A stretch of DNA of 64,000 nt from Hydrogenophilales bacterium (GTDB lineage Bacteria; Pseudomonadota; Gammaproteobacteria; Burkholderiales; Eutrophovitaceae), in contig CACKOO010000004.1 of the NCBI GenBank assembly GCA_902601765.1, positions 5,321 to 69,320 of the forward strand, read 5' to 3'. The position numbers and the translations under genes are program-made. Shown in pieces: positions 28,867 to 39,717 of this stretch (position 1 is its first letter; each line of letters begins with the position of its first letter). Under the pieces are notes generated by a model. It was not told the DNA's origin and did not search any database. It saw only the letters and a program-made list of their open reading frames with translations.

Positions 28867-29688
28867 CTATTTGCCTTGTCGAAAAGTTTTAATAACGTCA
28901 CGTGTTTGGGGCCGAACTCCCCGCCAAATAAAGAAGGACTCTGCGGCTTGCTCTACTAACATGCCTAACCCATCTTTCAATCTCGTCGCTCCCGCGATGA
29001 ACGCTGAATTCAAAAACGTTTGTGCGCTCGGACCATACATCATGTCATAGGCTAACGAATCACGAGTTAACAGTCCAACAGGCAGGTCTAAGCTCTCGCC
29101 GTGAAGACTGCTGGATGTTGCATTTATCACTAAATGAAACTCGTGATTTTCTAATTCCTTAATGGTTACTGCCCTAACTGGCAAGTGATTATCTTCATAC
29201 TTACGCGCGAGGGCCTCTGCTTTCAGTGTGGTCCTATTTGCTATAGTGACCGACGCAGGAACCGCTGTTAAAATTGGACCTATAACCCCCTGTGCGGCAC
29301 CACCTGCACCAATAATGAGAATGTCTTTGGACGCAATCGAAAAACCAAGGTTTTCTTCTAAATCTTTAACTAGCCCTACGCCATCTGTATTATCTGCCAA
29401 TATTTTTCCGTCCCTAAAAGAAAGTACGTTCGCGACGTTCGCCTCAACCACTCTATCTGTGCAAGAATCTGCCAGGGCACACGCCTCTTCTTTAAAAGGT
29501 ATCGTAACGTTCACTCCAAGGAATCCGGTCGACCGCATAATATTAATAGATTCTACAAAACTATCTCTCTCCGAATAAAAACCTTTATAAGTTAGAGCAT
29601 GTCCCGTTTCTGAGGCAAATAAACGATGAATCCTTGGAGACAAACTATGCTCAACTGGATTCCCGATTACGGCATACTTGTCAGTCAT
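28867..29688 (-). CDS. aroE: Shikimate dehydrogenase
   Basis: GNPVEHSLSP-IH, NVTIPFK, DNTDGVG, GAGGAA, NATS, DMMY, DGLGMLVEQAA. Confidence 0.97.
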   Translation of the reverse strand: MTDKYAVIGNPVEHSLSPRIHRLFASETGHALTYKGFYSERDSFVESINIMRSTGFLGVNVTIPFKEEACALADSCTDRVVEANVANVLSFRDGKILADNTDGVGLVKDLEENLGFSIASKDILIIGAGGAAQGVIGPILTAVPASVTIANRTTLKAEALARKYEDNHLPVRAVTIKELENHEFHLVINATSSSLHGESLDLPVGLLTRDSLAYDMMYGPSAQTFLNSAFIAGATRLKDGLGMLVEQAAESFFIWRGVRPQTRDVIKTFRQGK

Positions 29689-30662
29689 ATGCCATCCGTG
29701 ACAAGTAGGTCACTGCGCGTAAAGCTCCAGTTCCTAGTTATGGATAATATATCGATAGCTTCGCTCATCTCCGACGAGAAAGGAGGAAAGGGGCTTGAGA
29801 GTTTAACTATTTTGGTGACTGCCTGATCCAAAACAGCTATCCCGGAGGTTCCCACTAACTCAACAGCCTCCAAAGTGCCATCGGACCTAATTGATACCGT
29901 CACAACTAAACTACCATATAAGCTGTCTGCTCCTGTCACTTTCGGAAAATTTCGAGTACCCACTTCTTCGATCTTCTCTCTCCATTTATCTACATATTCA
30001 GCATAGACTACGCCTTTAGTTTGTGCACCAATAAAATCTCTCTTTGGCATCTTTTGATACTCAACCCAATCTTTCGTAATTTTAGTTTTCAATTCAGCAA
30101 TTTTAAGTTGTTTTCCGGCTGAGGAACTATTTTCTGATTCTGCGCCGGTCTCAAGCTCTGGTAGTGTCTTATTAAGTTGCGCCGAAGCTACCATTCCCTC
30201 TACCGTTGCCATAAGTTTTTTGGCTCTCTTTTCCAAACTCGCGATTCGTTGTCTCGAAAATTCGATTGAATCATGGGTAGCCCGATCAAACTCTGGTAGA
30301 TTAGTTTCCGATTGGATGTTTTTCTCGGTGTTTCCCCCTCCATTCAAGGTCAACTGGGATAATGTTTTAACCTCGACTGGCGCTATAGATGATTTATGAT
30401 TGACAATAATCACTTTCAACTCTGGTTCTTGATTATCCATCACAGAGGCGGGCGACCTGAAATCAATACCCAAAAGAATTGAATGTGCAAGTAATGAACA
30501 AATCATAGCTACGTTTATAGACTTCAAAGAAAATAGCGATTTTATATAATTCGTGTCGATCCTGATTACCTCTAGAGAAAATACTACATGCTCATACCAG
30601 TCCGCAAAAGTCCAGAATTGCTGGCAGATATGTCTTGAAGTTAGTGAACCCGTGATCACCAC
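29685..30662 (-). CDS. TonB C-terminal-domain protein (start uncertain; may be near ATG 30506)
   Basis: N-terminal TM with SLLAH motif, GGGN, YVDKWREKIEEVG-NFP, SG-AVLDQA, PFPPF, ILSITRNW; upstream of aroE. Confidence 0.75.
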   Translation of the reverse strand: MVITGSLTSRHICQQFWTFADWYEHVVFSLEVIRIDTNYIKSLFSLKSINVAMICSLLAHSILLGIDFRSPASVMDNQEPELKVIIVNHKSSIAPVEVKTLSQLTLNGGGNTEKNIQSETNLPEFDRATHDSIEFSRQRIASLEKRAKKLMATVEGMVASAQLNKTLPELETGAESENSSSAGKQLKIAELKTKITKDWVEYQKMPKRDFIGAQTKGVVYAEYVDKWREKIEEVGTRNFPKVTGADSLYGSLVVTVSIRSDGTLEAVELVGTSGIAVLDQAVTKIVKLSSPFPPFSSEMSEAIDILSITRNWSFTRSDLLVTDGI

Positions 30663-31167
30663 CTTCGATTATTAGCTGTTTAGCCTCAGAGTACCTATCT
30701 TTGGCGACACGCCAATCCAACAGTTCATCTCCAGTATTTTGAAGAAGAAAAAATAACCGAGGTACAGTTATTTTTTTTACGTTGAGTTTTTCTAGTTGAT
30801 CTAAATGGCGGTTGGTTAATTTGTACGTTTGCTTAGTATGGTGATTTATTTGGGTCCCAATGTAATTTTTAAGGTCGAGATGAGGAGAAATGGCTGGGTT
30901 GATAAGGATTGCTTTACAGCCATATTCTTCGACAAGCCATGTCGCGTAAAACCCGCCCAATGAACTTCCGATTAATGTAACATCGCCCGCTAAAGCCTCC
31001 TCCACTAATTTAGATAACTCCGCGATGGCCAAAGCCGGCAACTCCGGCAACCCAGGACACAAAAAATGCACTGGTTTTTCAAGCTTATTTAATTCACTTC
31101 TCATCAGGGTAGCCTTCTGAGATAAAGGTGAACTATTAAAACCATGTATGTAAATTATGGTTGTCAT
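30592..31167 (-). CDS. YqiA/YcfP-family alpha/beta esterase
   Basis: YIHGFNSSP-S-KA, GSSLGGFYATW, INPA, GDELLDW, GGDHGF. Confidence 0.88.
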   Translation of the reverse strand: MTTIIYIHGFNSSPLSQKATLMRSELNKLEKPVHFLCPGLPELPALAIAELSKLVEEALAGDVTLIGSSLGGFYATWLVEEYGCKAILINPAISPHLDLKNYIGTQINHHTKQTYKLTNRHLDQLEKLNVKKITVPRLFFLLQNTGDELLDWRVAKDRYSEAKQLIIEGGDHGFTNFKTYLPAILDFCGLV

Positions 31168-32504
31168 AACGCATCTAGTATTTTATTTGCCAAATCACCG
31201 AAGCTACCATTACTCATAATTAAAATGTAATCCCCACTACCTGCCTCGTTTACAATTTTTTTTGCTAATACATCTAGGTGGGGAGAACAATTTAATGTTC
31301 CCGAGAACCCACTGAGAGCTTCTTCAATACTCCAATCCAAACCCCTCGTATAGCAAAATACTTTATTAATATTTTGTACGCTATTAAGGAGTTTATTTCG
31401 CATAGTCCCCATTTTCATAGTATTTGACCTTGGCTCCAAAGCGAGGATAATTTTTTCTTTACCTATCGCGTCACTTAAAGCATCTAAAGTACATTTTATT
31501 GCCGTGGGGTGGTGGGCAAAATCATGCAAGACTTTCACACCAGAAACTTCGCCAACTAACTCCATTCTACGCTTAACTCCATCAAACTTTTCGAGGGCTT
31601 CTAAACCAACCTCCGCTGGAACGCCAGCGTGTCTGGCGGCACCCAATGCTGCTAACGCGTTGTTATAGTTATGTGCTCCATTTAGACGTATCTGAATTTC
31701 CCCTTTTACCCTACTGTTATGAGATACTCTAATTCGACCGGGAGCCATCTCGACTGCTCTCCAGCCACTTCTAGATCCATTAAATTGCTCAAGGGGTGTC
31801 CAAGAACCTTTTCTTAATAACCGTTTTAAATTTTTGTCTCCCCCGTTAAATACGATTAGACCATTACGGGGTACTATTCGAACAAGTTGATGGAATTGAG
31901 ATTCGATGGCTTTAAGATTTTGAAAAATGTCCGCATGATCAAATTCTAAATTATTAAGAATTGCAGTATCAGGACGGTAATGAACAAATTTAGATCGCTT
32001 GTCAAAAAAAGCAGTATCATATTCATCTGCTTCTACGACCACAAAATCGGAATCCGTCAACCTTGCGGACAGATCAAAATTTTGAGGAACACCTCCAATT
32101 AGGAAACTAGGATTTAGGCCAGCAAAATCTAAAATCCAAGCTAGCATTGCTGTCACTGTGGTTTTACCATGGGTACCCGCAACTGCCAGAACCCATTTAT
32201 CTACCAAAATATTCTCTCCCAGCCACTGTGGTCCCGACATATAGGGCAACCGACGCGATAAAATCTCTTCTATCAACTCATTACCTCTTGAAACAACATT
32301 ACCCACGACAAACAAATCGGGTTGGAGCGCAATTTGCCCTTTGTCCCAACCGGGGATCAAATTTATGCCGACCGCCTCTAGTTGGGAACTCATCGGTGGA
32401 TAAACATCCTCGTCGCAACCAGAAACTGTATGTCCAGACGACCGGGCCAAGATGGCAAGCCCTCCCATAAACGTCCCACAAATACCAAGGAAATGAATAT
32501 GCAT
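31164..32504 (-). CDS. mpl: UDP-MurNAc:L-Ala-gamma-D-Glu-mDAP ligase (murein peptide ligase)
   Basis: HIHFLGICGTFMGGLA, YPPMS, AGTHGKTT, EADEYDTAFFDKRSKF, DFAHHPTAI, EPRSNTM. Confidence 0.97.
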   Translation of the reverse strand: MHIHFLGICGTFMGGLAILARSSGHTVSGCDEDVYPPMSSQLEAVGINLIPGWDKGQIALQPDLFVVGNVVSRGNELIEEILSRRLPYMSGPQWLGENILVDKWVLAVAGTHGKTTVTAMLAWILDFAGLNPSFLIGGVPQNFDLSARLTDSDFVVVEADEYDTAFFDKRSKFVHYRPDTAILNNLEFDHADIFQNLKAIESQFHQLVRIVPRNGLIVFNGGDKNLKRLLRKGSWTPLEQFNGSRSGWRAVEMAPGRIRVSHNSRVKGEIQIRLNGAHNYNNALAALGAARHAGVPAEVGLEALEKFDGVKRRMELVGEVSGVKVLHDFAHHPTAIKCTLDALSDAIGKEKIILALEPRSNTMKMGTMRNKLLNSVQNINKVFCYTRGLDWSIEEALSGFSGTLNCSPHLDVLAKKIVNEAGSGDYILIMSNGSFGDLANKILDAL

Positions 32505-32506
32505 CC

Positions 32507-33418
32507 TTATTGGCGGATTGATTTTTTGAAAAAATATTGTACCGCTTCTAAGCTAATATTTCCGCCCCACTCCTGAACAAAATGTCCCGCTTCTTTAATT
32601 TTTAAAGGTTGAGAGCAGCCTGGAATAATATTTCGTAGCTTATGCATTACATCTGGGCCTAATACTGGATCAGTCATCCCTATCGCCATGAAGGTATCTC
32701 CCTGCCAATTTGTTGAAAAGAAATCACGAGCTGCTCTAGATATCTCAGCTCCGGGCGAATCTGAAAATTCTGGAAATAATTCCGGAAAACGCCGAACTCC
32801 AGCTTTATAATTAACGTCAGGAAAGGGTGCCGCATAGGCCTTGGCCTCTAGGCCAGTAATGTGTGGGCAAGACCTTTGCATTAATCGTGCGATGTCCATA
32901 TTTGGATTTTTCGCCGCCCAACTCCTCCAGGCTTTGAAGCCTTCACTCAATGGGTAATCACCGGTTGCGAGGTCTGTGTTCATTAATAAAAGTTTTTTAA
33001 TTATTGATGGAAACTCCATTGGCAAAGTTAATCCCAGTACTCCTCCCCAATCCTGACAAACTAACGTGATTCTTTCAAGTGAAAGTTTTTTTATAAAGGA
33101 AATGAGCATACTTCGATGAAAATCAAAGGTATAAACCCGATCATCAATAGGTTTGTCACTCCGACCAAACCCAATAAGATCGGGCACAATCACTCGAAAT
33201 CCCTCATCGACAAAAGTAGAAATCATTTTTCGATAGAGATAACCCCAAGTAGGCTGGCCGTGTAGACACAAGAATACCTCTTTACTACTGTCACCTTCAT
33301 CCAAATAGTGCACTCGCAACCCTTCATACCCCTCAAGGTCAGTAAAATAATTGGTGGAATAGTTATAATTTACTAGTGATTCAAAATAGTCGTCGGGGGT
33401 GCGCAAAACTTTGGTCAT
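32507..33418 (-). CDS. Haloalkane dehalogenase-like alpha/beta hydrolase (HLD-I type)
   Basis: LRTPD, LRVHYLDEG, LCLHGQPTWGYLYRKMI, PDLIGFGRSDKP, QDWGG (nucleophile Asp + Trp), AYAAPFP, DPVLG, GHFVQE. Confidence 0.85.
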   Translation of the reverse strand: MTKVLRTPDDYFESLVNYNYSTNYFTDLEGYEGLRVHYLDEGDSSKEVFLCLHGQPTWGYLYRKMISTFVDEGFRVIVPDLIGFGRSDKPIDDRVYTFDFHRSMLISFIKKLSLERITLVCQDWGGVLGLTLPMEFPSIIKKLLLMNTDLATGDYPLSEGFKAWRSWAAKNPNMDIARLMQRSCPHITGLEAKAYAAPFPDVNYKAGVRRFPELFPEFSDSPGAEISRAARDFFSTNWQGDTFMAIGMTDPVLGPDVMHKLRNIIPGCSQPLKIKEAGHFVQEWGGNISLEAVQYFFKKSIRQ

Positions 33419-34584
33419 AAACTTATCCTTCGATTTCCTGCAGAAAATCCCGTAACAGTTTCGCCAAGCCCTTTGCCAAGCGCTAGAACTTTGAATAATT
33501 CACCCATTTCAGCTGGTGACAACAACTTATTTAGCTTCGAGGCTTGGTTGGTACCTGATAACCCATTCCCCATATTGTGCTCAGCGATTAAATCAGTGAT
33601 ACCACAGTTGATAAGAAACTGTGCCTGATTGCAAAAACCTATTAGATCTAGACCGTTAGCTTCGCCCACTTTTGCTAGGTTCGAAAAATCAACATGACTC
33701 GTAATATCTTGCAAACCTAAAAGGACAAACGGATCTTGATGGCTATGATGTTTATAATGGCACATCAACGTCCCGAATGACCTTTGAGGGTGGTAAAACT
33801 CTTCTTTTTTAAATCCATAGTCTATGATGAGGAGCATCCCTTTATCTAAATTAGAAGCCAACTTTCGCATTAAAGCCCTTCCAACAAAGTTAATTTCTGT
33901 GATGTAGGGAGATTGTAAACCTAATTCTTTAACAGCCTCTAGAATATAATGTGCCCCTTGCCTCTTACACCACAAAAATCGATTATTTTTATATTCTACT
34001 CCTCTTTCTAAGACCGAACTTCCGCTAACCTCAACAATACTAACAGGCAATGCATCGAAAACTTCATTTGCGAAAATCACGCCGTTTATATGCATCGGAA
34101 CATCGTCCAGCCATTGAAACATCGATAATAGATGCGGAACTCTAGTAGACAGCGTTTCCAATTGCATCTTTTTTGTAGACGGACTAACGTCCAGAATACT
34201 ATAGCTGGAAGGTAACGAGTCAATTTTTTCCAGAGCTATCATAATGTCTGCTGCTGCCGACCCATCACCAGCACCTAATTCAATAACTTGCCTATCCTTG
34301 GTATAGTCCAGAACTTCAGCGATTTGATTGGCAATTGTTGCACCGAAAATTGGGCTGACATGTGGGGCAGTAATAAAATCACCCTCGTTCCCGAACTTAC
34401 GCGCAGGCCCTGTATAATATCCTAGTTTTGGTTTGTAAAGAACGATCTCCATAAATTGGGAAAATGAGATCCAGCCGCTAGACTTGGCTATTTCGTGTTG
34501 GATAGCAGTATGTAAAAGATTCATACGAATTTGCGAATCTTTATCGAGGGTTGGTAAACTAAGATCGTAAGAATTAGATATCAA
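33415..34584 (-). CDS. MidA/NDUFAF7-family SAM-dependent methyltransferase (start uncertain; track start 34656)
   Basis: FMEIVLY-P-LGYY, GDFITAP, ELGAGDG, ANEVFDALP, IDYG, GTLMCHY, QDITSHVDF, EMGELFKV. Confidence 0.88.
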   Translation of the reverse strand: MISNSYDLSLPTLDKDSQIRMNLLHTAIQHEIAKSSGWISFSQFMEIVLYKPKLGYYTGPARKFGNEGDFITAPHVSPIFGATIANQIAEVLDYTKDRQVIELGAGDGSAAADIMIALEKIDSLPSSYSILDVSPSTKKMQLETLSTRVPHLLSMFQWLDDVPMHINGVIFANEVFDALPVSIVEVSGSSVLERGVEYKNNRFLWCKRQGAHYILEAVKELGLQSPYITEINFVGRALMRKLASNLDKGMLLIIDYGFKKEEFYHPQRSFGTLMCHYKHHSHQDPFVLLGLQDITSHVDFSNLAKVGEANGLDLIGFCNQAQFLINCGITDLIAEHNMGNGLSGTNQASKLNKLLSPAEMGELFKVLALGKGLGETVTGFSAGNRRISL

Positions 34585-34696
34585 AACGGGGCATCTCAAG
34601 TAACAGGCGTTAAAGTAAATTGGCACAATAATATTTAAATAAACAATATATCGCAAAAAATGTTTTTTTTTGAAACAGACCGAGAATTTTTAGAAA

Positions 34697-35452
34697 ATGA
34701 AAAATAAAGCAGCTTTGGTTACTGGGAGCTCTAAAAGAATAGGAAAAGCAGTCGTAGAAATGTTGGCGAACCAAGGATGGGATATCGCAATTCATTATCA
34801 AAACTCAGCTGATGAAGCCAGAGACTTGTTGAAAAAAATAGAAGGATTAGGAGTTAAAGGTTTTACTGTCCAATGTGACCTTGCTGTTTTTAGTGAGACA
34901 GAAAGACTCATCGAACAATGCTCATCTGCAATAGGTCCGATATCTCTGCTCGTAAACAATGCGTCAGTTTTTGAATACGATGATATCCGGGGTTTCAATG
35001 AGGAGCTGTGGTCCAAAACTATGCATGTAAATTTAAGAGCGCCCCTTCAGCTCGCAAAACAATTTGAGGCGCAGTTACTTGACGGAATGCGCGGGTGTAT
35101 TATTAACATGCTGGATCAAAAAGTTTTTAATTTAAATCCAGATTTTTTTTCCTATACTATTAGTAAACAAAGCCTTGATGCCGCCACCAAGACATTAGCT
35201 TTGGCCCTAGCTCCAAAAATCAGAGTTTGCGGGGTTGCGCCGGGAATAACATTGGTTAGCGGTGAACAAACCAAGGAGAACTTTGAATCTTCCCATACAA
35301 AGGCGCTGCTAGGTAGAAGCTCTGAAGTATGGGAAATTGTAGATGCTGTAAAATATTTAATAAATGCGAGTGCGACGACGGGGACTACGATAACTGTCGA
35401 TGGAGGGCAACATATGGTTCCCATGGCACGTGATGTTCAATTTGAGAATTAA
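34697..35452 (+). CDS. Pteridine-reductase-like SDR (FolM-like)
   Basis: TGSSKRIG, IAIHY, NNASVF, SYTISK, ITVDGG; upstream of folB and ttcA. Confidence 0.8.
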   Translation: MKNKAALVTGSSKRIGKAVVEMLANQGWDIAIHYQNSADEARDLLKKIEGLGVKGFTVQCDLAVFSETERLIEQCSSAIGPISLLVNNASVFEYDDIRGFNEELWSKTMHVNLRAPLQLAKQFEAQLLDGMRGCIINMLDQKVFNLNPDFFSYTISKQSLDAATKTLALALAPKIRVCGVAPGITLVSGEQTKENFESSHTKALLGRSSEVWEIVDAVKYLINASATTGTTITVDGGQHMVPMARDVQFEN

Positions 35453-35481
35453 TTCAGATACAGAAAATTATCGAATACAAA

Positions 35482-35850
35482 ATGAAAACAAAGACCGACG
35501 CTACTCATATATTTTTTAGAAATCTGGTTGTTGTCGCCTCTATCGGCATCCATGAGGTAGAAAAAAAACATAGACAACGCATTTTGTTAAACATAAAAAT
35601 TTTTCTAAATCCAATCCAGGAAATCAAAGATGACTTAATTTCAGAAACCCTTGATTACGATTTGGTTAGAGGTAATATTTTGGACATAGCCTCATCGCAA
35701 CATTTTAATCTGCAAGAAACATTGTGCGAGGAAATTGCTCGCTACTGTTTCACAGAGAAACGAGTTACTGGGGTAGAAATATCTAGTGAAAAACCTGATA
35801 TATATGACAATTGTGACGGTGTCGGCTTAGCTATTGTTAGATATAAATGA
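35482..35850 (+). CDS. folB: Dihydroneopterin aldolase
   Basis: [26 protein letters not shown]. Confidence 0.85.
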   Translation: MKTKTDATHIFFRNLVVVASIGIHEVEKKHRQRILLNIKIFLNPIQEIKDDLISETLDYDLVRGNILDIASSQHFNLQETLCEEIARYCFTEKRVTGVEISSEKPDIYDNCDGVGLAIVRYK

Positions 35851-36665
35851 ACCAACTAAACACGACTTTAAAAAAAGATACCATAAATAAAAATAAGCTG
35901 GAAAAAAGGCTTAAAAGATTGATTGGAAAAGCAATCTACGATTTTTCTATGATAGCGGACGGCGATCTCGTAATGGTAGCTATATCAGGTGGAAAAGATA
36001 GTTTCGCGATGCTTGAACTTTTGAGAGCATTGCAAGCGTATGCACCGGTCAAGTTTGAATTGATAGCCTTAAATTTAGATCAAAAGCAACCGGGATTCCC
36101 TTCAAACGTTTTACCAAATTATCTATCGGAAAAAAAAATTAATTATAAAATTATTCAGCAAGATACCTACTCTGTCGTGAAAAAAATTATTCCGGAAGGT
36201 AGAACCATGTGTGGGCTCTGCTCTAGACTCAGAAGAGGAGCGCTCTATAAGGCAGCAACAGAATTAGGGGCGAACAAAATAGCACTGGGCCACCATAGTG
36301 ATGACATATTGGAAACTTATTTTTTAAACATGTTCTACGGAGGGCGAGTTAAAACGATGCCTCCTAAATTACTGTCAGATGATAAAAAACACATAGTCAT
36401 TCGTCCTCTAGCATATTGCAAAGAGAAAGACTTAGCTCAGTACGCGAACATTCATCAGTTCCCAATCATACCTTGCAATCTGTGTGGATCTCAAAAAAAT
36501 TTACAGCGGGTAAAAATTAAAGCAATGCTTGCTGATTGGGAAAAAGCTAATCCTGGAAGAAAGGAGACCATCTTTTCAGCATTACAGACGGTAGTACCAT
36601 CTCACTTGCTAGACTCCGATATATTTAACTTTTCTGAACTTGAATCAAAGTTGATAAATTCTTAA
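35847..36665 (+). CDS. ttcA: tRNA 2-thiocytidine(32) synthetase
   Basis: SGGKDS PP-loop, [37 protein letters not shown]. Confidence 0.97.
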   Translation: MNQLNTTLKKDTINKNKLEKRLKRLIGKAIYDFSMIADGDLVMVAISGGKDSFAMLELLRALQAYAPVKFELIALNLDQKQPGFPSNVLPNYLSEKKINYKIIQQDTYSVVKKIIPEGRTMCGLCSRLRRGALYKAATELGANKIALGHHSDDILETYFLNMFYGGRVKTMPPKLLSDDKKHIVIRPLAYCKEKDLAQYANIHQFPIIPCNLCGSQKNLQRVKIKAMLADWEKANPGRKETIFSALQTVVPSHLLDSDIFNFSELESKLINS

Positions 36666-36821
36666 TCAGATCAAAAGCTGACTATTGTATAACCCGTGTT
36701 GAATTAAAATACCTGACATAACGGATTAATACTAGGTTTTACAAAACTTTTCCTTTTAATAGACGTCGGGCAAGGTTAAAATATTCAACCTTTTTGTAAT
36801 GTGTATTGAGAGAGTCAAATA

Positions 36822-38060
36822 ATGAAGTTTGGAAAACCAAGTCGGAAAATAAGTACTTTTTATCCACCTCAAAGAACACTAATGGGGCCAGGTCCGTCCG
36901 AAATACATCCGAGAGTCTTTTCGGCAATGGGAAGACCCACTATTGGCTATCTAGATCCCGTTTTTGTGGAAATGATGGACGAACTGAAAGAACTATTGCG
37001 ATACGCATTCCAAACCAATAATGCCATGACTTTTCCGGTTTCCGGACCTGGCTCGGCAGGGATGGAAATGTGTTTTGTGAACATCGTCAACCCGGGTGAT
37101 AAGGTAATAGTATGCAAAAATGGGGTGTTTGGCGGTAGAATGCTTGAAAATATTGAAAGATGCGGTGGTATTCCGATAATTGTTGAGAACTCATGGGGCG
37201 AGCCCGTCGACCCCAACTGCGTAGAGGATGCTTTTCGAAATAACAAAAATGTGAAAGCTTTAGCATTTGTTCAAGCGGAGACGTCAACCGGTGTTTTATC
37301 TGATGGCAAAACCCTCGCAAAAATTGCAAAAAGTAACAACGCCTACTCGATCATGGATGCGGTAACATCTCTTGCTGGAATACCAGTTTTAGTTGACGAA
37401 TGGGGTGTTGATGCTTGCTATTCTGGCAGCCAAAAATGTCTGTCATGTACTCCCGGCTTATCTCCTATTACTTTCAGTGACGCCTTGATGGAAGATCTGA
37501 AAAAGGGCAGTCGGAAAAAATCTCAAAGCTGGTTCTTAGATCTAGATCTTTTGTCCGGATACTGGGGAGATAGCAATAGAACCTATCATCATACAGCGCC
37601 CACCAATTCTTTGTATTCACTGCATGAGGCCCTTCTGATGCTTCAGGAAGAAGGCCTGGAGAACTCTTGGTTTCGACATAGGAGGAACCACCAGGCTCTA
37701 AAGGCAGGCCTAGAGGCTTTAGGCCTCACTTTTTTAGTTGATGAACCATATAGGCTTCCGCAAATGAACGCAGTTACTGTAATGCCAAAGATTGATGAAG
37801 CTGAAGTTCGTAGAAGATTATTAGATGAATACAATATTGAAATAGGGGCTGGCTTAGGTAACTTATCCGGTAAAATTTGGCGTTTTGGTATTATGGGTTA
37901 CAGTTGTAAGATGGAAAATGTAATGTTAGCTTTGTGCGCGCTCGAAACGGTTTTTGCTGACATGGGCACAGCTACCGAGGTAGGAACTGCAGAGGCTGCG
38001 GCCTACAAAGCCTACGCCTCGCACCCCAGCCATGGGAAAATAGTAGAAGCGGTCGCCTAG
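36822..38060 (+). CDS. Alanine--glyoxylate / serine--pyruvate aminotransferase (class V PLP)
   Basis: LMGPGPS, SGPGSAGME, GVFGGRM, ETSTG, DAVTS, SGSQKCLS, YHHTAP, IEIGAGLG. Confidence 0.9.
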   Translation: MKFGKPSRKISTFYPPQRTLMGPGPSEIHPRVFSAMGRPTIGYLDPVFVEMMDELKELLRYAFQTNNAMTFPVSGPGSAGMEMCFVNIVNPGDKVIVCKNGVFGGRMLENIERCGGIPIIVENSWGEPVDPNCVEDAFRNNKNVKALAFVQAETSTGVLSDGKTLAKIAKSNNAYSIMDAVTSLAGIPVLVDEWGVDACYSGSQKCLSCTPGLSPITFSDALMEDLKKGSRKKSQSWFLDLDLLSGYWGDSNRTYHHTAPTNSLYSLHEALLMLQEEGLENSWFRHRRNHQALKAGLEALGLTFLVDEPYRLPQMNAVTVMPKIDEAEVRRRLLDEYNIEIGAGLGNLSGKIWRFGIMGYSCKMENVMLALCALETVFADMGTATEVGTAEAAAYKAYASHPSHGKIVEAVA

Positions 38061-38122
38061 TTTTATTGTTACAACCGCTCCCCTATTTTCACGAAATGGC
38101 GTTTTCCCAAAATAAGGGGCCT

Positions 38123-39544
38123 CTAGTATCTGTAGTGCTCGGGCTTAAAAGGGCCTTCTTCTGGTACTGATATATATTCTGCTTGTTTAGGACTCAAAAC
38201 AGTGAGTTGAGCACCTAATTTGTCCAAATGCAGTCGCGCAACTTTTTCGTCTAGGTGTTTGGGTAACACGTAAACGCCAACCGGATAGTCTGATTTGTTG
38301 TTAAACAGTTCTATCTGGGCTATCACTTGATTAGCGAATGACGAACTCATCACAAAGCTCGGATGCCCTGTACCACAGCCCAGATTTACCAAACGCCCTT
38401 CTGCCAACAAGATGATTTTCTTTCCGTCGGGAAAGATAATGTGGTCGACTTGAGGTTTGATTTTTTCCCACTGGTACGCCTTTAAACTTGCACAATCAAT
38501 TTCATTATCAAAGTGGCCGATGTTGCAAACTATGGCTTCATTTTTCATTTTTTGCATGTGATCATGGTTGATGACATGGTAATTCCCAGTAGCGGTTACG
38601 AAAATATCCGCTTTGTCGCAAGCATATTCCATGGTCACCACCTTAAACCCCTCCATGGCCGCCTGAAGCGCGCAAATTGGATCCACTTCTGTTACCCAAA
38701 CTTGAGCGGATAGAGCTCTGAGAGCCTGCGCGCTACCTTTCCCAACATCACCGTAGCCGCACACCACCGCCACTTTCCCCGCAACCATCACATCGGTCGC
38801 TCGCTTGATTCCATCAACTAGTGATTCCCTACATCCATAAAGATTATCAAATTTAGATTTAGTAACAGAATCATTGACATTAATCGCTGGGAAACGAAGA
38901 CTCTTGTCAGAAGCCATTTGGTACAGACGGTGAACCCCAGTCGTTGTCTCTTCGGTAACGCCAATGATCTTGGATATCCTATCAGAGTACCAAGTCGGAT
39001 CGGTATCCAGCTTATTCCTAATTGCCAAATATAATGCTTCTTCTTCTTCACTTGAGGGGTTTGTAATTACATCACCATTTTTCTCGGCAGCACACCCCAA
39101 ATGCAGGAGCAGGGTGGCATCACCCCCATCGTCTAAAATCATATTTGAGTGACCTCCGTCAGGCCATTCAAATATCTTGTGGGAAAAGTCCCAATATTCT
39201 TTAAGGGATTCGCCTTTGTAAGCAAAGACAGGAATACCCGTCTTCGCAATTGCGGCAGCGGCATTGTCTTGAGTTGAGTATATGTTGCAAGACGCCCATC
39301 TCACCTCAGCACCGAGCTCAGTTAAAGTCTCAATTAGAACCGCAGTCTGTATCGTCATATGTAATGAGCCGGTTATTCTTGCACCCTTGAGTGGTTTGGA
39401 CTGAACATATTCATGCCTGATAGCCATTAGGCCTGGCATTTCTGTCTCAGCTATTGAAATTTCTTTTCGCCCCCATTCACTGAGTGCCATATCCGCAACG
39501 TGGTAATCATTTACGTCCACAAACTTTTTAGTAACAACTGTCAA
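38123..39544 (-). CDS. ahcY: Adenosylhomocysteinase (TTG start)
   Basis: [66 protein letters not shown]. Confidence 0.98.
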   Translation of the reverse strand: MTVVTKKFVDVNDYHVADMALSEWGRKEISIAETEMPGLMAIRHEYVQSKPLKGARITGSLHMTIQTAVLIETLTELGAEVRWASCNIYSTQDNAAAAIAKTGIPVFAYKGESLKEYWDFSHKIFEWPDGGHSNMILDDGGDATLLLHLGCAAEKNGDVITNPSSEEEEALYLAIRNKLDTDPTWYSDRISKIIGVTEETTTGVHRLYQMASDKSLRFPAINVNDSVTKSKFDNLYGCRESLVDGIKRATDVMVAGKVAVVCGYGDVGKGSAQALRALSAQVWVTEVDPICALQAAMEGFKVVTMEYACDKADIFVTATGNYHVINHDHMQKMKNEAIVCNIGHFDNEIDCASLKAYQWEKIKPQVDHIIFPDGKKIILLAEGRLVNLGCGTGHPSFVMSSSFANQVIAQIELFNNKSDYPVGVYVLPKHLDEKVARLHLDKLGAQLTVLSPKQAEYISVPEEGPFKPEHYRY

Positions 39545-39717
39545 AGCAAATTCTCCTTAAACAAAAACTTAAATTTAGGCTGATCGAGTTATCGTTTTAA
39601 AGACAACCCCTCGATTTATAACCGGAACCAATTTTCTCCATTCATATCTTAAGCGGCTGTGACAGACAAATTACCCATTTAGTTCAGGCGTCAAGTAGTT
39701 GGGTGATTTACTCTCGC

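Noticed and set aside
38080-38119. CCCCTATTTT...AAAATAAGGGG inverted repeat between the aminotransferase and ahcY
   Set aside because: Imperfect with a long loop; probably an ordinary convergent terminator, too weak to call.
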